Shown here: piece by piece, positions 26,807 through 37,224 of the stretch
Layout of the letters: every line of letters begins with the position of its first letter
Numbering within the stretch: position 1 is the first letter of the stretch
Source of the DNA: Ostreococcus lucimarinus
Lineage: Eukaryota
Reading direction: 5' to 3' (one strand)
Assembly (NCBI GenBank): GCA_000092065.1
Contig: CP000584.1
DNA: 64,000 nucleotides
The notes under the pieces: generated by a model
Told to the model about the DNA's origin: nothing
The model's input: the letters and a program-made list of their open reading frames with translations, nothing else
The model's database searches: none
Program-made: the position numbers and the translations under genes

Positions 26807-28000
26807 ATGTGTCGCGCGCGCGGCGTCGCGCGCGCCAGAGCGCGTCGACGCGCGATGACGCCCGCGACGCGCGAGGTCGCGCGCGTCCCAGCGCCCACGC
26901 GCGCGGCGCTCGACGCGTGTCGAGACGCGCGCTGGCGCGCGACGTTCGCCGCGCACGGCTTCCGCGCCGTCGCGCTCGAGGTGCCGGAAGATTTCATTCG
27001 TTACGTCCTCGCCGACGGCGTCGTCGCGCGCGAGACGGACGCCGCGATGCCGCGAAGGGTGGCGCAGGACGCGTTCGACGCGGCGGAGAGCGCGGCGCGG
27101 TTCGCGCGCGCGCGGGCGACGACGACGACGATGGAAGAGGAGGAGGCGGAGGACGCGAGCGCGCGGGACGGCGCGAGGCGAGCGACGTTCGCGGCGTTTG
27201 AACGCGCGATCGAGGACGCGATCGAAGCGCTGGGGGGAGAGGTGGCGCCGAAATTCGCGTGGAGCGCGCCGAAAGACGCGGCGTGGGTCGCGGCTGGGAA
27301 CACGATGAAGTGCCGGAACGCGGACGAGGTGGTGCTGTTGCTCAAGGCGAGCGACGCGGTGGCGCACGATTTGACCGAGGCGTACGGGGCGTGTGAGGAT
27401 TACGCGCGCGGTGATGGGAGCGAGGAGAGCGAGGAAGATCGCGCGGTGCGCGAGCACGCGGCGTCGGTGCTGACGCTTCGGGAGTGGTACGATTTGAACC
27501 CGAGCATGGAGTTTCGATGCTTCGTGAAGAATAGAAATTTAGTCGCCGCGTCGCAGCGACACGTGAACGACTTCTACGAGTTTTTGGTGCGAGACAAGGA
27601 TGCGATCGAAGACGCGATCGCTCTGTTCTGGGAGTCGAACGTCTCGTGCACGTCGTGGCACGACGATCAGGTCGATTACGTGTTCGACGTGTACGTGACG
27701 CCGAAGACGAAGAAGGTGAAAATAATTGATTTCAACGTCTGGGGCGGGACGACGCTTCCTTTGCTCTTCGAATGGCACGAACTAGAGGCCATGAATCGCG
27801 ACCGCGCGGAGGGCGACGACGCGCGCGGGTACGCGGACGAAATAGAGTTTCGCATCATCGAATCGCAGGGACACATTCGCCCCGGGCTGCAGCTCGGCGT
27901 CCCGTTTGACTTATACGACACCTCCGAGGGCGGGGCGATCTCAGAGTTCTTGGAAGAACAGCGCCGTCGACAGGAACAAGAAAGTTGCGCGAGTCTGTGA
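26807..28000 (+). CDS. CDC123: cell division cycle protein 123 (CDC123/D123)
   Basis: KFAWSAPKDAAWVAAGNTMKCRNADEVVLLLKASDAVAHDL...LREWYDLNPSMEFRCFVKNRNLVAASQR...DYVFDVYVTPKTKKVKIIDFNVWGGTTLPLLFEWHEL is colinear with human CDC123 ([41 protein letters not shown]...EFRCFVKENKLIGISQR...FVFDIY...LIDFNPFGEVTDSLLFTWEEL). ATG at 26807, alternative at 26855. The ORF-track extension back to 25817 is antisense to the SEC14 gene. Confidence 0.8.
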   Translation: MCRARGVARARARRRAMTPATREVARVPAPTRAALDACRDARWRATFAAHGFRAVALEVPEDFIRYVLADGVVARETDAAMPRRVAQDAFDAAESAARFARARATTTTMEEEEAEDASARDGARRATFAAFERAIEDAIEALGGEVAPKFAWSAPKDAAWVAAGNTMKCRNADEVVLLLKASDAVAHDLTEAYGACEDYARGDGSEESEEDRAVREHAASVLTLREWYDLNPSMEFRCFVKNRNLVAASQRHVNDFYEFLVRDKDAIEDAIALFWESNVSCTSWHDDQVDYVFDVYVTPKTKKVKIIDFNVWGGTTLPLLFEWHELEAMNRDRAEGDDARGYADEIEFRIIESQGHIRPGLQLGVPFDLYDTSEGGAISEFLEEQRRRQEQESCASL

Positions 28001-28107
28001 GATCGCTCGTTTTAGAAGTAGTTGGACGCACGCGTGTACTAGGTGTGTGAGTGGAGAGATACCGATTTACACAAAAGAGTTGCGCGGTACCCGCGACTGA
28101 AGCGCAC

Positions 28108-28716
28108 TCAACCCAAGGACCGACGCCTCGTGTGTCCGGCTCCGCGCGTACTGTCTCCATGCGTTACTTTTGTGGCGTAGTACAGTTTCGTCTCGCCCTG
28201 CTTAGCTTGATGATGCGTCGCGTGCAAATTGACGACGTCCACGCGGTGCCGCCTGTCTTCGCTCGTCGCGGCGGAGCCGTGACCGGCCTTGTGCGCCGCG
28301 ATGCGACGCCCATCGCGCACGTCTCGTCCATTCTCAAACGGACCTTTAGCCAAGCCCACGTACGGGTGATTCTTCTCGTTGAGGAGGCGATAATTCGCCG
28401 CTCGCGCGAAGCCTTGACGCCGCACCTGAGGCGTTTTGTTCGTGATGAGCGCGCGCGACTGCGTCGTCGTCCCTCCGTTGTCGTAAACGACGACTCGACT
28501 GTGCGCGTTGTCGTACACCTTCACCGGCCGCGGCGCGCGCGCGCGTCCCGTCGTGACGTGACGCGCGTTCGCGCGGGCGAGCGTCCGCGCGCTCTTCCAG
28601 GGGGCGGTGCCGGCGCTTCCGGCGCGGAATGATTTTCGCGCGCCGCTCGACGCGCGCGCGCTCGAGGCGCGGCTGAACCCGCGGGAGCCAGCGCTGTTTG
28701 ATCTGCGGTGACCCAT
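28108..28716 (-). CDS. hypothetical hydrophilic protein
   Basis: ATG at 28716 (MGHRRSNSAG...) through KVYDNAHSRVVVYDNGGTTTQSRALITNKTPQ...LLNEKNHPYVGLAKGPFENGRDV...TKLYYATK. The composition is protein-like and the ORF sits between two annotated genes, but I recognise no family. The opposite-strand ORF 28051..28632 is more low-complexity. Confidence 0.3.
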   Translation of the reverse strand: MGHRRSNSAGSRGFSRASSARASSGARKSFRAGSAGTAPWKSARTLARANARHVTTGRARAPRPVKVYDNAHSRVVVYDNGGTTTQSRALITNKTPQVRRQGFARAANYRLLNEKNHPYVGLAKGPFENGRDVRDGRRIAAHKAGHGSAATSEDRRHRVDVVNLHATHHQAKQGETKLYYATKVTHGDSTRGAGHTRRRSLG

Positions 28717-28997
28717 GTCGCGTCGAGGGCGGCCGAGCGCGAGGGTCGACGCGATGTGGGGCGTTTCGCGAGATCTAGGCACGAGGGAAAGTTGGCACGC
28801 GTCGAGTCGCCGCGCGCGCGCGCGATCCGCGCGAGGTCGCGAGGGCGAGCGAGGCGAGGCGCGACTCGCGCGCGAGATAGACGTGGAGATTACGACGTCA
28901 TCGCCTCGACGGAGCTGATGTTGCGTCCTGCTCGCGACTGCTAGATGTGACGTAGTAATACAAACGGCGACGATCCTCGCCGTCCCGCGACGCCGAA

Positions 28998-29810
28998 TCA
29001 CGGCGCCGCCTCCACGACGACGAGTAAACCGAGTAAAGCGCGCTGCGTCTTCACGACGCGCATGCCAGACTGTCGCACCAGCGACTCCACGTCCTGATTC
29101 CACACGCATCCTTTGCTCATGCGCTTCACCGGCGCCGACGTCAAATCTTGATACGCGCCCAACGCGCCGACGTCGCTCTTACTGTGCTCGATCAACACCG
29201 CCCGTCCTTTCGATCGCAGCACTCGCCTGACCTCTCGCAGCGCCGCCGACGGATCCTCGATCACGCACAGGCTGAACGTATCGACGACGACGTCGAACGA
29301 TCCATCGTCGAACGGCAGCGCCGTCGCGTCCGCCTCCTCGAACCGCGCCTTCTCGCCCAGCGCCAGCGTCTCCGCCCGCGCCTTCGCCCGCGCCAGCATT
29401 CCCGGCGACAGATCGATCGCCGTGTACGTCTTCACCCTGTTCGCGTCGTACGCGCGCAGGTTGAGCCCGGTGCCGACGGCGAGCTCCAACACGTCGCCCT
29501 CGCACCGCGCGAGCGCGTCCGCGCGCAGCGCGTCCAGCCCCAGCGCGCGCGCCGCGCCGCCGCCGTCGAGCGCGTCGTACGTCGGCGCGTACGCGTCGTA
29601 CGCCGTCTTCACGTCCGCCGTCTTCGCGCGCGCGTCGCCCGCGCCCAGCGCGCGCGTCGCCGCCGCCGCGACCGCCGCCTCGAGCACCGCGCGTCGCGTC
29701 GCCCGCGTCGCGTCGCGCGTCGCGCGCGTCGCGCCGCCGCGCCGCCGCGTCGCGCCGCGCGACGTCACCGCGCGCGTCGCCGCGCGCGTCGCCGCGATCG
29801 ACGTCGCCAT
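28998..29810 (-). CDS. class I SAM-dependent methyltransferase (Methyltransf_11, UbiE/COQ5-like) with a transit-peptide-like N-terminus
   Basis: VLELAVGTGLNLRAY (motif I, GxGxG), DATALPFDDGSFDVVVDTFSLC and GRAVLIEH. ATG at 29810 (MATSIAATRAATRAV). The ORF-track start at 29846 is a GTG codon. Confidence 0.7.
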   Translation of the reverse strand: MATSIAATRAATRAVTSRGATRRRGGATRATRDATRATRRAVLEAAVAAAATRALGAGDARAKTADVKTAYDAYAPTYDALDGGGAARALGLDALRADALARCEGDVLELAVGTGLNLRAYDANRVKTYTAIDLSPGMLARAKARAETLALGEKARFEEADATALPFDDGSFDVVVDTFSLCVIEDPSAALREVRRVLRSKGRAVLIEHSKSDVGALGAYQDLTSAPVKRMSKGCVWNQDVESLVRQSGMRVVKTQRALLGLLVVVEAAP

Positions 29811-29886
29811 CGCGCCGCGCCGCCGCGCCGCCGCGATCTGCCGCACAGCGCGACGCGCGTCGAACGACGCGACTTCGCCGCGCGCG

Positions 29887-31302
29887 ATGCCGCGGCGCGC
29901 GTCGGCGCGCGATGGCGCGAGGACGCGCGCGACGGCGGCGCGCGCGGCGCTCGTCGTCGCGTGCGCGGCGCTCCGCGCGACGCCCGCGCGCGGATATCCG
30001 TACTACAACGCGCGCGCGTGCGGCGACGCCGCGCACCCGACGGGCGCGGCGGGCGATCACCCGTACGCGGGCGACGACGCCGGCGTGTCGTTTTCGCTGT
30101 TCTGGTCGGCGCACGACGGCTCGAACGAGACGCAGGCGTGGGAGCTGTGGGACAACAGCACGCGGAGGCTGATGCCGAGCTCGTGGGCGACGAGCGCGAC
30201 GGGCGACGAATATAAACCCGAGGCGCGGTTGACGCTGGTCGTGGACACGAGCGCGATCGCGGTCGGGATGGTGCTGCTGACGACGAGCGAGGGGAGGTTC
30301 GAGGACGTGAGCATGCACGAGGCTCACGTGAGCGAGAACGGAGGGTCGCGGAGCGCGCTGCGGTGCGGCGGAAAGCGAGTGAACCCTTCGTTGCGGACGA
30401 ATAAGCATAAGTTGATATGGTGGGCGCCCGCGCGCGGGACGGGGGATGTCGTCATTCGCGCGACGACGGCGAGCGCGGCGGAGAACGCGCTTTATCAGGG
30501 GACGTTTACGGTGCGCGAGAACGACGGTTTGCAACCGCCGAGCGCGAACGGGACGAACGCGTCGGACGTCGCGCCGGCGCACGATGACACCACGGAAGTA
30601 GGAGACAGTAGCGTAGGTTCAGAGGACGAGGCGCGTCAGGTGAGAGCGTTCGTCGTGCACGGCGGGATGATGTTCACGGGGATTTGGATGCTCATGCCCG
30701 GCGCCGTCGGGTGGTCGCGCTTCGGTCGACCGGGCCCGAACGACAAGCCCTCCGCCGCGTGGCTCTCGTGGCACAAATGGCTCATGCTCGCCGCCGTCGC
30801 TCTCGTGGTGATCGCGGCGGGCATTTCATACGCCGAAATTTCAGAAATCGGCGCCACGCATTACGATGGCGCGCACGGCAAGGTGGGCTTAGCCATCGTC
30901 GTCGTCGCGTGCCTCCAACCCGTCGGCGGTTTCCTCCGCCCTCCCAACCCGCCCGAGGGCGAGCTCAAATCCCAAGCCCGCCGCACCTGGGAGCGCGTCC
31001 ACCGCGCCGTGGGCGTCTTGATCTTCATCCTCAGTTTCTTCGCCGTCCTATCCGGCATAGACGAGCTCTCCGAGCGCGACGAATCCGTCGCCGCGCGCTT
31101 TCACTCCGTCCTCTTCGTCCTCTACGTCTTCGTCCTCTTCGCCTTCTTCGCTTACGCGTCGCGCCATCGCGCCGCCGCCTCCGTCTCGCGCGCCGCGTTC
31201 GTCGAATTATCCTCGTTCGACAATCCCTTCGCCGACGACGCGGACGTCGACGACGATCGCGCGTCCCTCGCGCCGCGCGGTTTCGCGCCGAGCGACGCGT
31301 GA
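29887..31302 (+). CDS. reeler-domain / cytochrome b561-like membrane protein (FRRS1/SDR2-like putative ferric reductase)
   Basis: ATG at 29887 with a signal peptide. The reeler-like domain is PYYNARACGDAAHPTGA...SFSLFWSAHDG...RLTLVVDTSA...LIWWAPARGTGDVVIRATTAS. Four to five TMs follow with His pairs (VVHGGMMFTGIWML, LSWHKWLMLAAVAL, HYDGAHGKVGLAIVVVA, VHRAVGVLIFILSF), typical of b561 haem ligation. Confidence 0.6.
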   Translation: MPRRASARDGARTRATAARAALVVACAALRATPARGYPYYNARACGDAAHPTGAAGDHPYAGDDAGVSFSLFWSAHDGSNETQAWELWDNSTRRLMPSSWATSATGDEYKPEARLTLVVDTSAIAVGMVLLTTSEGRFEDVSMHEAHVSENGGSRSALRCGGKRVNPSLRTNKHKLIWWAPARGTGDVVIRATTASAAENALYQGTFTVRENDGLQPPSANGTNASDVAPAHDDTTEVGDSSVGSEDEARQVRAFVVHGGMMFTGIWMLMPGAVGWSRFGRPGPNDKPSAAWLSWHKWLMLAAVALVVIAAGISYAEISEIGATHYDGAHGKVGLAIVVVACLQPVGGFLRPPNPPEGELKSQARRTWERVHRAVGVLIFILSFFAVLSGIDELSERDESVAARFHSVLFVLYVFVLFAFFAYASRHRAAASVSRAAFVELSSFDNPFADDADVDDDRASLAPRGFAPSDA

Positions 31303-31495
31303 CGCCGCGCGCGTTTTAATCACGCATCGCACCGAATCGCAATCGCATCGCAGTCGTCTCACTGTTTGCGCACACGACGCGCGTCGGTCGTCGGTTAGGG
31401 TAAACGCGCGTAACGACCTCGACAATCCGCGACTCGCGCGCGTCGCCTCCGCGCCCCGACGCGCCGAAACGCTCGCGAGCGAACGCACGAACGAC

Positions 31496-33217
31496 ATGTC
31501 GCGCGCCGTCGCGGCCGGATGCGCGGCGCACGCGCGCGCGACGACGCGAACGCCGACGAATGCGACGGCGATGCGACGACACCGCGCGACGACGCGACGA
31601 GGCGCGCGAATCGCGCCGCGCGCGGGCGACGCGAACGGCGCGCGCGAGAACCGTGAGAACGAACTCGCGATCGCGGTCGCGACGACGCGAGTCGCGGCGT
31701 CGACGCGAGCGAAACGGGAACGCGGGACGACGACGAAGACGCGATCGAGCGGGACGCCGAACGCGCCGGTGGTGCGCGCGGGATCGGACGCGCTCGCGAA
31801 TTGGAAGGGGGCGAAGCTCAAGCCGCTCGGGTACTCGATTTTGTCTGGGTTGATCCTGTACCTCATTCCGGCCCCGGCCGGGGTGACGACGCAGGCGTGG
31901 AACTTGCTCGCGGTTTTCGTGGCGACGATCGTCGGGATCATCACGAACCCGCTGCCGCTCGGCGCGGTGGCGATGATCGGGCTCGGCGTGAGCATGACGA
32001 CCGGGTTGTTGCCGTTCTCGGCTGCGTTCTCGGCGTTCTCGAGCGAGATTCCGTGGTTGATTGCGCTCGCGTTCTTCCTCGCCCGCGGGTTCATCAAGAC
32101 GGGTTTGGGCAACCGCATCGCGTACAAAATCGTGAGCTTGTTCGGCAAATCCACGCTCGGTTTGACCTACTCCTTGGTGTTCTCCGAAGCTTTGCTCGCG
32201 CCAGCCATCCCTTCTTTGGCCGCACGCGCGGGTGGTATCTTCTTGCCCCTCGCCAAGGCGCTCTGCGTCGCGTGCGGCTCCGATCCCGCCAACGGCACGG
32301 AGAAGAAGATGGGCGCGTACGTCATGACCACCGTGTTCCAAACCTCTACGATCTCTTCCGGTATGTTCATCACCGCCATGGCCGCTAACCCGCTTAGCGT
32401 GAACCTGGCGGCGTCCATCACGGGCATCACCATCTCCTGGGCTCAGTGGGCCATCGGTGCTCTCGTGCCGGGTATCATCTGCCTCGTCGCCACGCCGCTC
32501 ATCCTCTACGTCTTGTATCCGCCGGAAGTCAAGGACTCGCCAGACGCTCCGGTCAAGGCGCAAGAAGAGCTCGCGAAGCTCGGTCCGATGTCTGTTGACG
32601 AAAAGATCATGGCTGCTGCCTTGTCTCTGACCGTGGGTCTCTGGATCTTTGGTTCCAAGTTCGGCGTCGGCTCTGTCGCCGCCGCGCTCAACGGCTTGGC
32701 CATCCTCCTCGTCTCCGGTGTCATCACCTGGAAAGAATGTCTTGCCGAAGGTCCGGCTTGGGATACGCTTGTGTGGTTCGCCGCGCTCATCGCCATGGCG
32801 GGTTACTTGAACACGTACGGTTTGATTCCGGCTTTCTCCAAAGGCGTCGTCGGCGTCGTCTCCGGCCTCGGCTTGGCGTGGCAACCGGCCTTTGTCATCG
32901 TGACTCTCGTCTACTTCTACTCTCATTACCTCTTCGCCTCTGGTGCGGCGCACATCGGTGCCATGTATAGCGCCTTCTTGTCGGTGCTCATCGCGTGCGG
33001 TGCGCCGCCTCTCGTATCCGCCTTGACCCTCGGCATCTTGTCCAACGTCATGGGCTGCACCACGCACTACGGCATCGGCTCCGCGCCACCTTTCTTCGGT
33101 GCCGGCTACGTGCCGCTCGCCACCTGGTGGAAGATCGGTTTCGGTATGTCCATCTTCTACATCGCCACCTTTTTGGGCGTCGGTTTCCCGTGGTGGAAGA
33201 TCCTCGGCTACTGGTAG
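31496..33217 (+). CDS. DIT: plastidic dicarboxylate (2-oxoglutarate/malate or glutamate/malate) translocator, DASS/SLC13 family (DiT)
   Basis: ATG at 31496 with a transit peptide. NWKGAKLKPLGYSILSGLILYLIPAPAGV...IPWLIALAFFLARGFIKTGLGNRIAYKIV...NPLSVNLAA...SAPPFFGAGYV matches the Na_sulph_symp/DiT1-DiT2 fold over the full length. The antisense ORF 31316..33244 is low complexity. Confidence 0.85.
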   Translation: MSRAVAAGCAAHARATTRTPTNATAMRRHRATTRRGARIAPRAGDANGARENRENELAIAVATTRVAASTRAKRERGTTTKTRSSGTPNAPVVRAGSDALANWKGAKLKPLGYSILSGLILYLIPAPAGVTTQAWNLLAVFVATIVGIITNPLPLGAVAMIGLGVSMTTGLLPFSAAFSAFSSEIPWLIALAFFLARGFIKTGLGNRIAYKIVSLFGKSTLGLTYSLVFSEALLAPAIPSLAARAGGIFLPLAKALCVACGSDPANGTEKKMGAYVMTTVFQTSTISSGMFITAMAANPLSVNLAASITGITISWAQWAIGALVPGIICLVATPLILYVLYPPEVKDSPDAPVKAQEELAKLGPMSVDEKIMAAALSLTVGLWIFGSKFGVGSVAAALNGLAILLVSGVITWKECLAEGPAWDTLVWFAALIAMAGYLNTYGLIPAFSKGVVGVVSGLGLAWQPAFVIVTLVYFYSHYLFASGAAHIGAMYSAFLSVLIACGAPPLVSALTLGILSNVMGCTTHYGIGSAPPFFGAGYVPLATWWKIGFGMSIFYIATFLGVGFPWWKILGYW

Positions 33218-33435
33218 GCCAAACGTTGTCGCGCTACCAGGCAACTGCGAGAGCAGTTGGTTTTGGACAATAACACATGTACGTCGTCAAACGCGCGCGC
33301 GCCCCGCATCAATACCGCGCGAATATTCGCGTACGTTGACGTGGCATAGTTTTTCGAGCATTAAATAATAACAAAAGATCATATCTATCATTACACGGCG
33401 CGCTTTCCTATCCGAGGTGGGCGAATACGCCCACC

Positions 33436-34242
33436 TCACGATCTGCGATAAAACGCCATGTCGGCGGCGGTTTCTTGCTCAGTTTTGTTGTTAATGGTCG
33501 CAAAACTATCTCTCATGCGCCGTCCCGCTTCGACACTCTCGCCCTCGGGTACGAAGGCGAACACGGAGTACAGTCGTCCCCCGTACACGGTGATGGAAGC
33601 GAAAATGTTTCCATAAAATCCCACTAGGTCGTAGTCCACGTACGTCTGCCCGTCGACGTCGCGATCCTTCGTCACGAACGAATCTGCGCCGATGATCGCA
33701 TCTTGCAGGTTATAATCGCTCAACGCCAAGTCGCTGATAATAGCCTCGCGGTCTTCTTTCAACTTTCCGTACCCTGCCAACGTGATCGAATAAACCTTCG
33801 CGTCTTTGTTCTTTTTCGACTTCCAGCGATTGTCCGTGCCGTTCGTCGATTTCTCCACCTTGTTCACCGTGTCTTGCTCCCATCCCTGCGGAACGTCGTA
33901 GTAGTACTTGAACTTATCGAAATTGTTCTCGTTGCCGCCGTAGCCGCCGTACGAGGACGACGACGTCGCTTCGCCGTAAAACCTCAACCACCCCTCGTCG
34001 ATGGGCTGTGGATTCACGATCGCTTCCGCCTTTGCGCGCGGCGCCGCGCCCGAGAGCGTCATCAACGCCGTCACGGCGAACATCGCGCGCCGACGGTCGA
34101 TCTCGAGCGCGCGCACGGCGTCATCGCTCGCGTTCGAGCGCGAAACGCGCGCACAAACGCGTGTTCGAACGACGCAGCGTTTGGTGACGTGGCGCGGGTG
34201 CGACGCGAGGACGACGCGCGCGGGTGCTCGAGCGGCGTACAT
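33436..34242 (-). CDS. PsbP-domain (Mog1/PsbP fold) thylakoid-lumen protein with a bipartite transit and twin-arginine signal
   Basis: ATG at 34242 (MYAARAPARVVLASHPRHV...). The Tat motif is DRRRAMFAVTALMTLSGAAPRAKA-EA. The PsbP-like segments are FYGEATSSSSYGGYGG, YYYDVPQGWEQ, KVYSITLAGYG and GGRLYSVFAFVPEGE. It lacks the PsbP GDKRWFKG box, so it is PsbP-like (PPD) rather than OEE2 itself. Confidence 0.5.
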   Translation of the reverse strand: MYAARAPARVVLASHPRHVTKRCVVRTRVCARVSRSNASDDAVRALEIDRRRAMFAVTALMTLSGAAPRAKAEAIVNPQPIDEGWLRFYGEATSSSSYGGYGGNENNFDKFKYYYDVPQGWEQDTVNKVEKSTNGTDNRWKSKKNKDAKVYSITLAGYGKLKEDREAIISDLALSDYNLQDAIIGADSFVTKDRDVDGQTYVDYDLVGFYGNIFASITVYGGRLYSVFAFVPEGESVEAGRRMRDSFATINNKTEQETAADMAFYRRS

Positions 34243-34528
34243 GACTCGATGACGCGGAAACGACTCTTGCTTTCGCAAACGCCGCGCGATGGAGCGCCGA
34301 CGGGTCGCCGAGAGCGATGCGGTGTGAGGGTTCGACGGCTGAGTCGCCGCGCCTGAAACGCGCGGCTTCGAGAGACGCGGGATCGCGATCATTCAATGAA
34401 GTACAATGAAGTTCAATGTAGTGTTTTGTTATCACATCGTGGTTTAGAACGGATTCATTACGATTCGAATCATCGCTACGTGCAGGCGCTAAAAAGACAC
34501 ATCAAATCAATATGGGTCGTCGTCGCGT

Positions 34529-36164
34529 TTACTGGTTGAGCGACTTCTCGGTGTTCGAGGAACCGCCTTCGCCCGCGAGCACGGCGCCGTCCAAGTAGGC
34601 ATCGGCCAACTGGATGCGCTTGATGTTCTCTTGCTCGTTCTCCAATTCCTTACCGTACGCCAAGAGGACTTCGAGCGTCATTTTCGGCGGGTTGAAGTTG
34701 ACTTCTTCACCCTTGCGCGGGTTGATGAGGCGCGGGCCGAGAGCTTCGTAGCCGACTTCGAGGATGAAGTCACGCACCAAGTCATCGTAGACACGGGAGC
34801 GAAGCGCGCCGAAGAAGTCAATGGATTGACCTTCGAACGTATCGACGAGGACTTCGACGTCTTCCTTCTCGATGCCATCCGCCATGAAGATACCGTTGGC
34901 GATGCCGACGCGGTCTTCGCGGGTCGGGGACCAGTAGAACTTGTCCATACGGCCATCACGGACGAGCGGCGCGTAAAGGGTGGAGAAATCGTTACCGGTG
35001 GCGATGATCGGCACACGCGGGATTTCGATGACTTCGTATTGGCCCGGCAACTGAACGTTCGTGGGGTTATCCGCGATGTTCATGAGCGTCGCGTTCACCA
35101 TTTGGTTGTTGACGGTGTATTGCGTCGTGCCACCCATACGACCGGCACCAGCGTCAAGATCGTTGATGAAGAGGGTAGACATGCGACCCTTCTTGACGAT
35201 GTCGGACGCTTCGCGGTAACGCTGACGCACGAGCTTGGCCGGTTCACCGGCGTTGCCGGATTCGAGCTCACCGGCGGACATGACGATCGGGGAGATGCCG
35301 AGCTTCTTGAAGATCAAATCAGACTGGAAAGTCTTACCTTGACCCTTACCACCCCAGACACCGAGAATGACCGGCACCTTGATCTTCGGCAACTTCATGA
35401 AGTTCTTCGCGACGTGCACGATCACCTTGTCCATGTACGACGGGGAGATGTAGAAGTTCTCCGTGGTGATGTTGTCGTGCGCAGAGTACGTCTTCATGCC
35501 CGCGGACAAGTAATCTTGCGAGGACATGACGGCGTTGTGCGTACCACCGATTCCGGTCGCGCCTTGGAACTTGGAGTCAACCATGTTGCGGCCGCGAGCG
35601 ATGTCTTGCTGGTCGTCGGAAATGTCCATGTCCATGCCCTTCCATCGGCTCATCTCAACCTTGGAACCGTTCGACACGGAGGAGACGCGCGCGCCGAGGA
35701 AGGTCTTCGGCGCGACGGCGCGCTTCGCCGTGGCGTTCGCCTGTTCACATTTAATCACACCGTTCGCGCGCCGTCAGTCATCGCTCCCGCGTTCGCACCG
35801 CGCGCACTTCACCGCCCTCGATCGCCGTTCGCGCGTCGTCACCGCCGTCGCGCGTCCCAACCCCCTCGCCGCGCGCGCGCCCGCGCGCCCGCGCCCCCTC
35901 CCGCGCGTCGCGATCGAGTAAAAATTTATTTTTCCTCGTCGTTCATCCCCTCGCGCGCCCTCGCGCGCCCTCGCGCGTCGTCGACGACCGCGCATCGCGC
36001 GCCGCGAAGGCCTCCCTCGCGCGGAGTGGATAACATCGCGACGTCCTCGTCCCGCGTCGTCGTCCCCGGTCGCGCGCGCGCGCGCCCGCGCGCGTCGTCG
36101 CGCGCGTCGATCGATTAATATTTCTCACCTTGACGCCGCATCGCGGCTGCGTGATCGTGGACAT
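34529..36164 (-). CDS. RCA: Rubisco activase, 2 exons (36129..36164 micro-exon of 12 codons; 34529..35740)
   Basis: Exon 2 encodes KGMDMDISDDQQDIARGRNMVDSKFQG...GGKGQGKTFQSDLIFKKLGISPIVMSAGELESGNAGEPAKLVRQRYREA...FINDLDAGAGRMGGTTQYTVNNQMV...IPIIATGNDFSTLYAPLVRDGRMDKFYW, which is unmistakably RCA (AAA+). The ORF-track 'M' at 35758 is a GTG codon. The upstream exon is ATG at 36164 (MSTITQPRCGVK) then a GTGAG donor. The minus-strand ACTGAC lies 34 nt upstream of the CAG acceptor at 35741-43. The phase is preserved. Confidence 0.75.
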
Positions 36165-36488
36165 CGTGCTCGTGTGTCGCGCGCGTGAAAGTGTCGACGC
36201 GCGCGATCGGCGCGATCGCGTCAGCGCCGTCGCGGGGCGTCGACGCGCGCGCGCGCGGCGCGCGTGCGGTGCGCGTGCGTCTACCGCGCATTCGTCGTTG
36301 AATACGCATAAAAAACGCGCGATGGGAGTATAAATGATATCGGACTGATTCGCATACGCGACCGACAGGGGTGCCGGCGACCGACCGCGCGGTCGTTGCG
36401 CCGCGTGGCGACGCCGGCGCGGCGCGGCGGATCGGCGCGCGCGGACGAACGACGAGCGACGATCGACGACGATCGGGATCGACGCGCG

Positions 36489-37169
36489 ATGAAACGGTTG
36501 TTCGGGGCGAAGAAACCGCGCGCGCCGGCGCGGACGCTCGAGGACACGGCGCGGACGCTCGACGAACGCGCGAAGACGATCGAGGCGAAAATCGCCGCGC
36601 TCGATCGAGAGCTCGTGAAGCATCGGGAGCAGATCAAGCGCGCGCGACCGGGCGCGGGGCAGGACGCGGCGAAACGACGGGCGCTGGTGGTGCTGAAGCA
36701 GAAGAAGATTTATGAGCAGCAGAGGGATCAGTTGGGGGGGCAATTGATGAACGTGGAGCAGGTGGCGTTCGCGAGCGAAAACGCGGCGAACACCGTGGAG
36801 ACGGTGCGGGCGATGCAGAGCGCGTCGAAGGCTTTGAAGACGCAGTTTAAGGCGAAGGAGTTCGATTTGAACGCGATCGATGCGCTGAATGATGATATGG
36901 CGGACTTGCTGGATCTGGGGGAGGAGATTCAGGAGACGCTCGGGAGGAGTTATCACGTTCCGGACGGGTTGGACGAGGATGATTTACTCGAGGAGCTCGA
37001 TGCGTTGGAGTTGGACATGTTAGAAGATGAATCCGAGCTCACGGATGGGGTGCCGAGTTACTTGCAGGACGAGCCTTTGCCGGAGGCACCGGAGGAGGAG
37101 CCCGTGGTGTTGCCGGCGGCGGGCGCGGGGGAAGCCGCCGCGCCGGACGCCGTTCGCGACGCGGCGTAG
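36489..37169 (+). CDS. CHMP5: ESCRT-III subunit CHMP5/VPS60 (Snf7 family)
   Basis: MKRLFGAKKPRAPARTLEDTARTLDERAKTIEAKIAALDRELVKHREQIKRARPG...RALVVLKQKKIYEQQRDQLGGQLMNVEQ...ELDALELDMLEDE is colinear with human CHMP5 ([51 protein letters not shown]...RVLKQKRMYEQQRDNL). ATG at 36489. Confidence 0.85.
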   Translation: MKRLFGAKKPRAPARTLEDTARTLDERAKTIEAKIAALDRELVKHREQIKRARPGAGQDAAKRRALVVLKQKKIYEQQRDQLGGQLMNVEQVAFASENAANTVETVRAMQSASKALKTQFKAKEFDLNAIDALNDDMADLLDLGEEIQETLGRSYHVPDGLDEDDLLEELDALELDMLEDESELTDGVPSYLQDEPLPEAPEEEPVVLPAAGAGEAAAPDAVRDAA

Positions 37170-37224
37170 CGCGTCATTAGAAGACATTAGGCGTGTACTA
37201 AATACAAATTTCTTCGCTAGTGTG

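Noticed and set aside
28051-28632. Plus-strand 193-aa ORF overlapping the hypothetical gene 28108..28716(-)
   Set aside because: Its translation is Arg-rich low complexity (RRPSVVVNDD...RRARASRRDVTRVRAGERPRALPGGG), whereas the minus-strand frame is compositionally protein-like. Only one can be real, and the minus strand also fits the alternating orientation pattern.
31316-33244. 642-aa minus-strand ORF, and similar long ORFs 29179..30582(-), 12151..13275(-), 7174..8124(+), 41531..42352(-), 21049..22806(-) and 59379..60564(-)
   Set aside because: All are Arg/Ala/Gly-rich low-complexity translations lying antisense to or overlapping well-supported genes (DiT, reeler protein, JmjC, GDPD, ASF1 and others). 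High GC depletes stop codons, so such frames stay open by chance.
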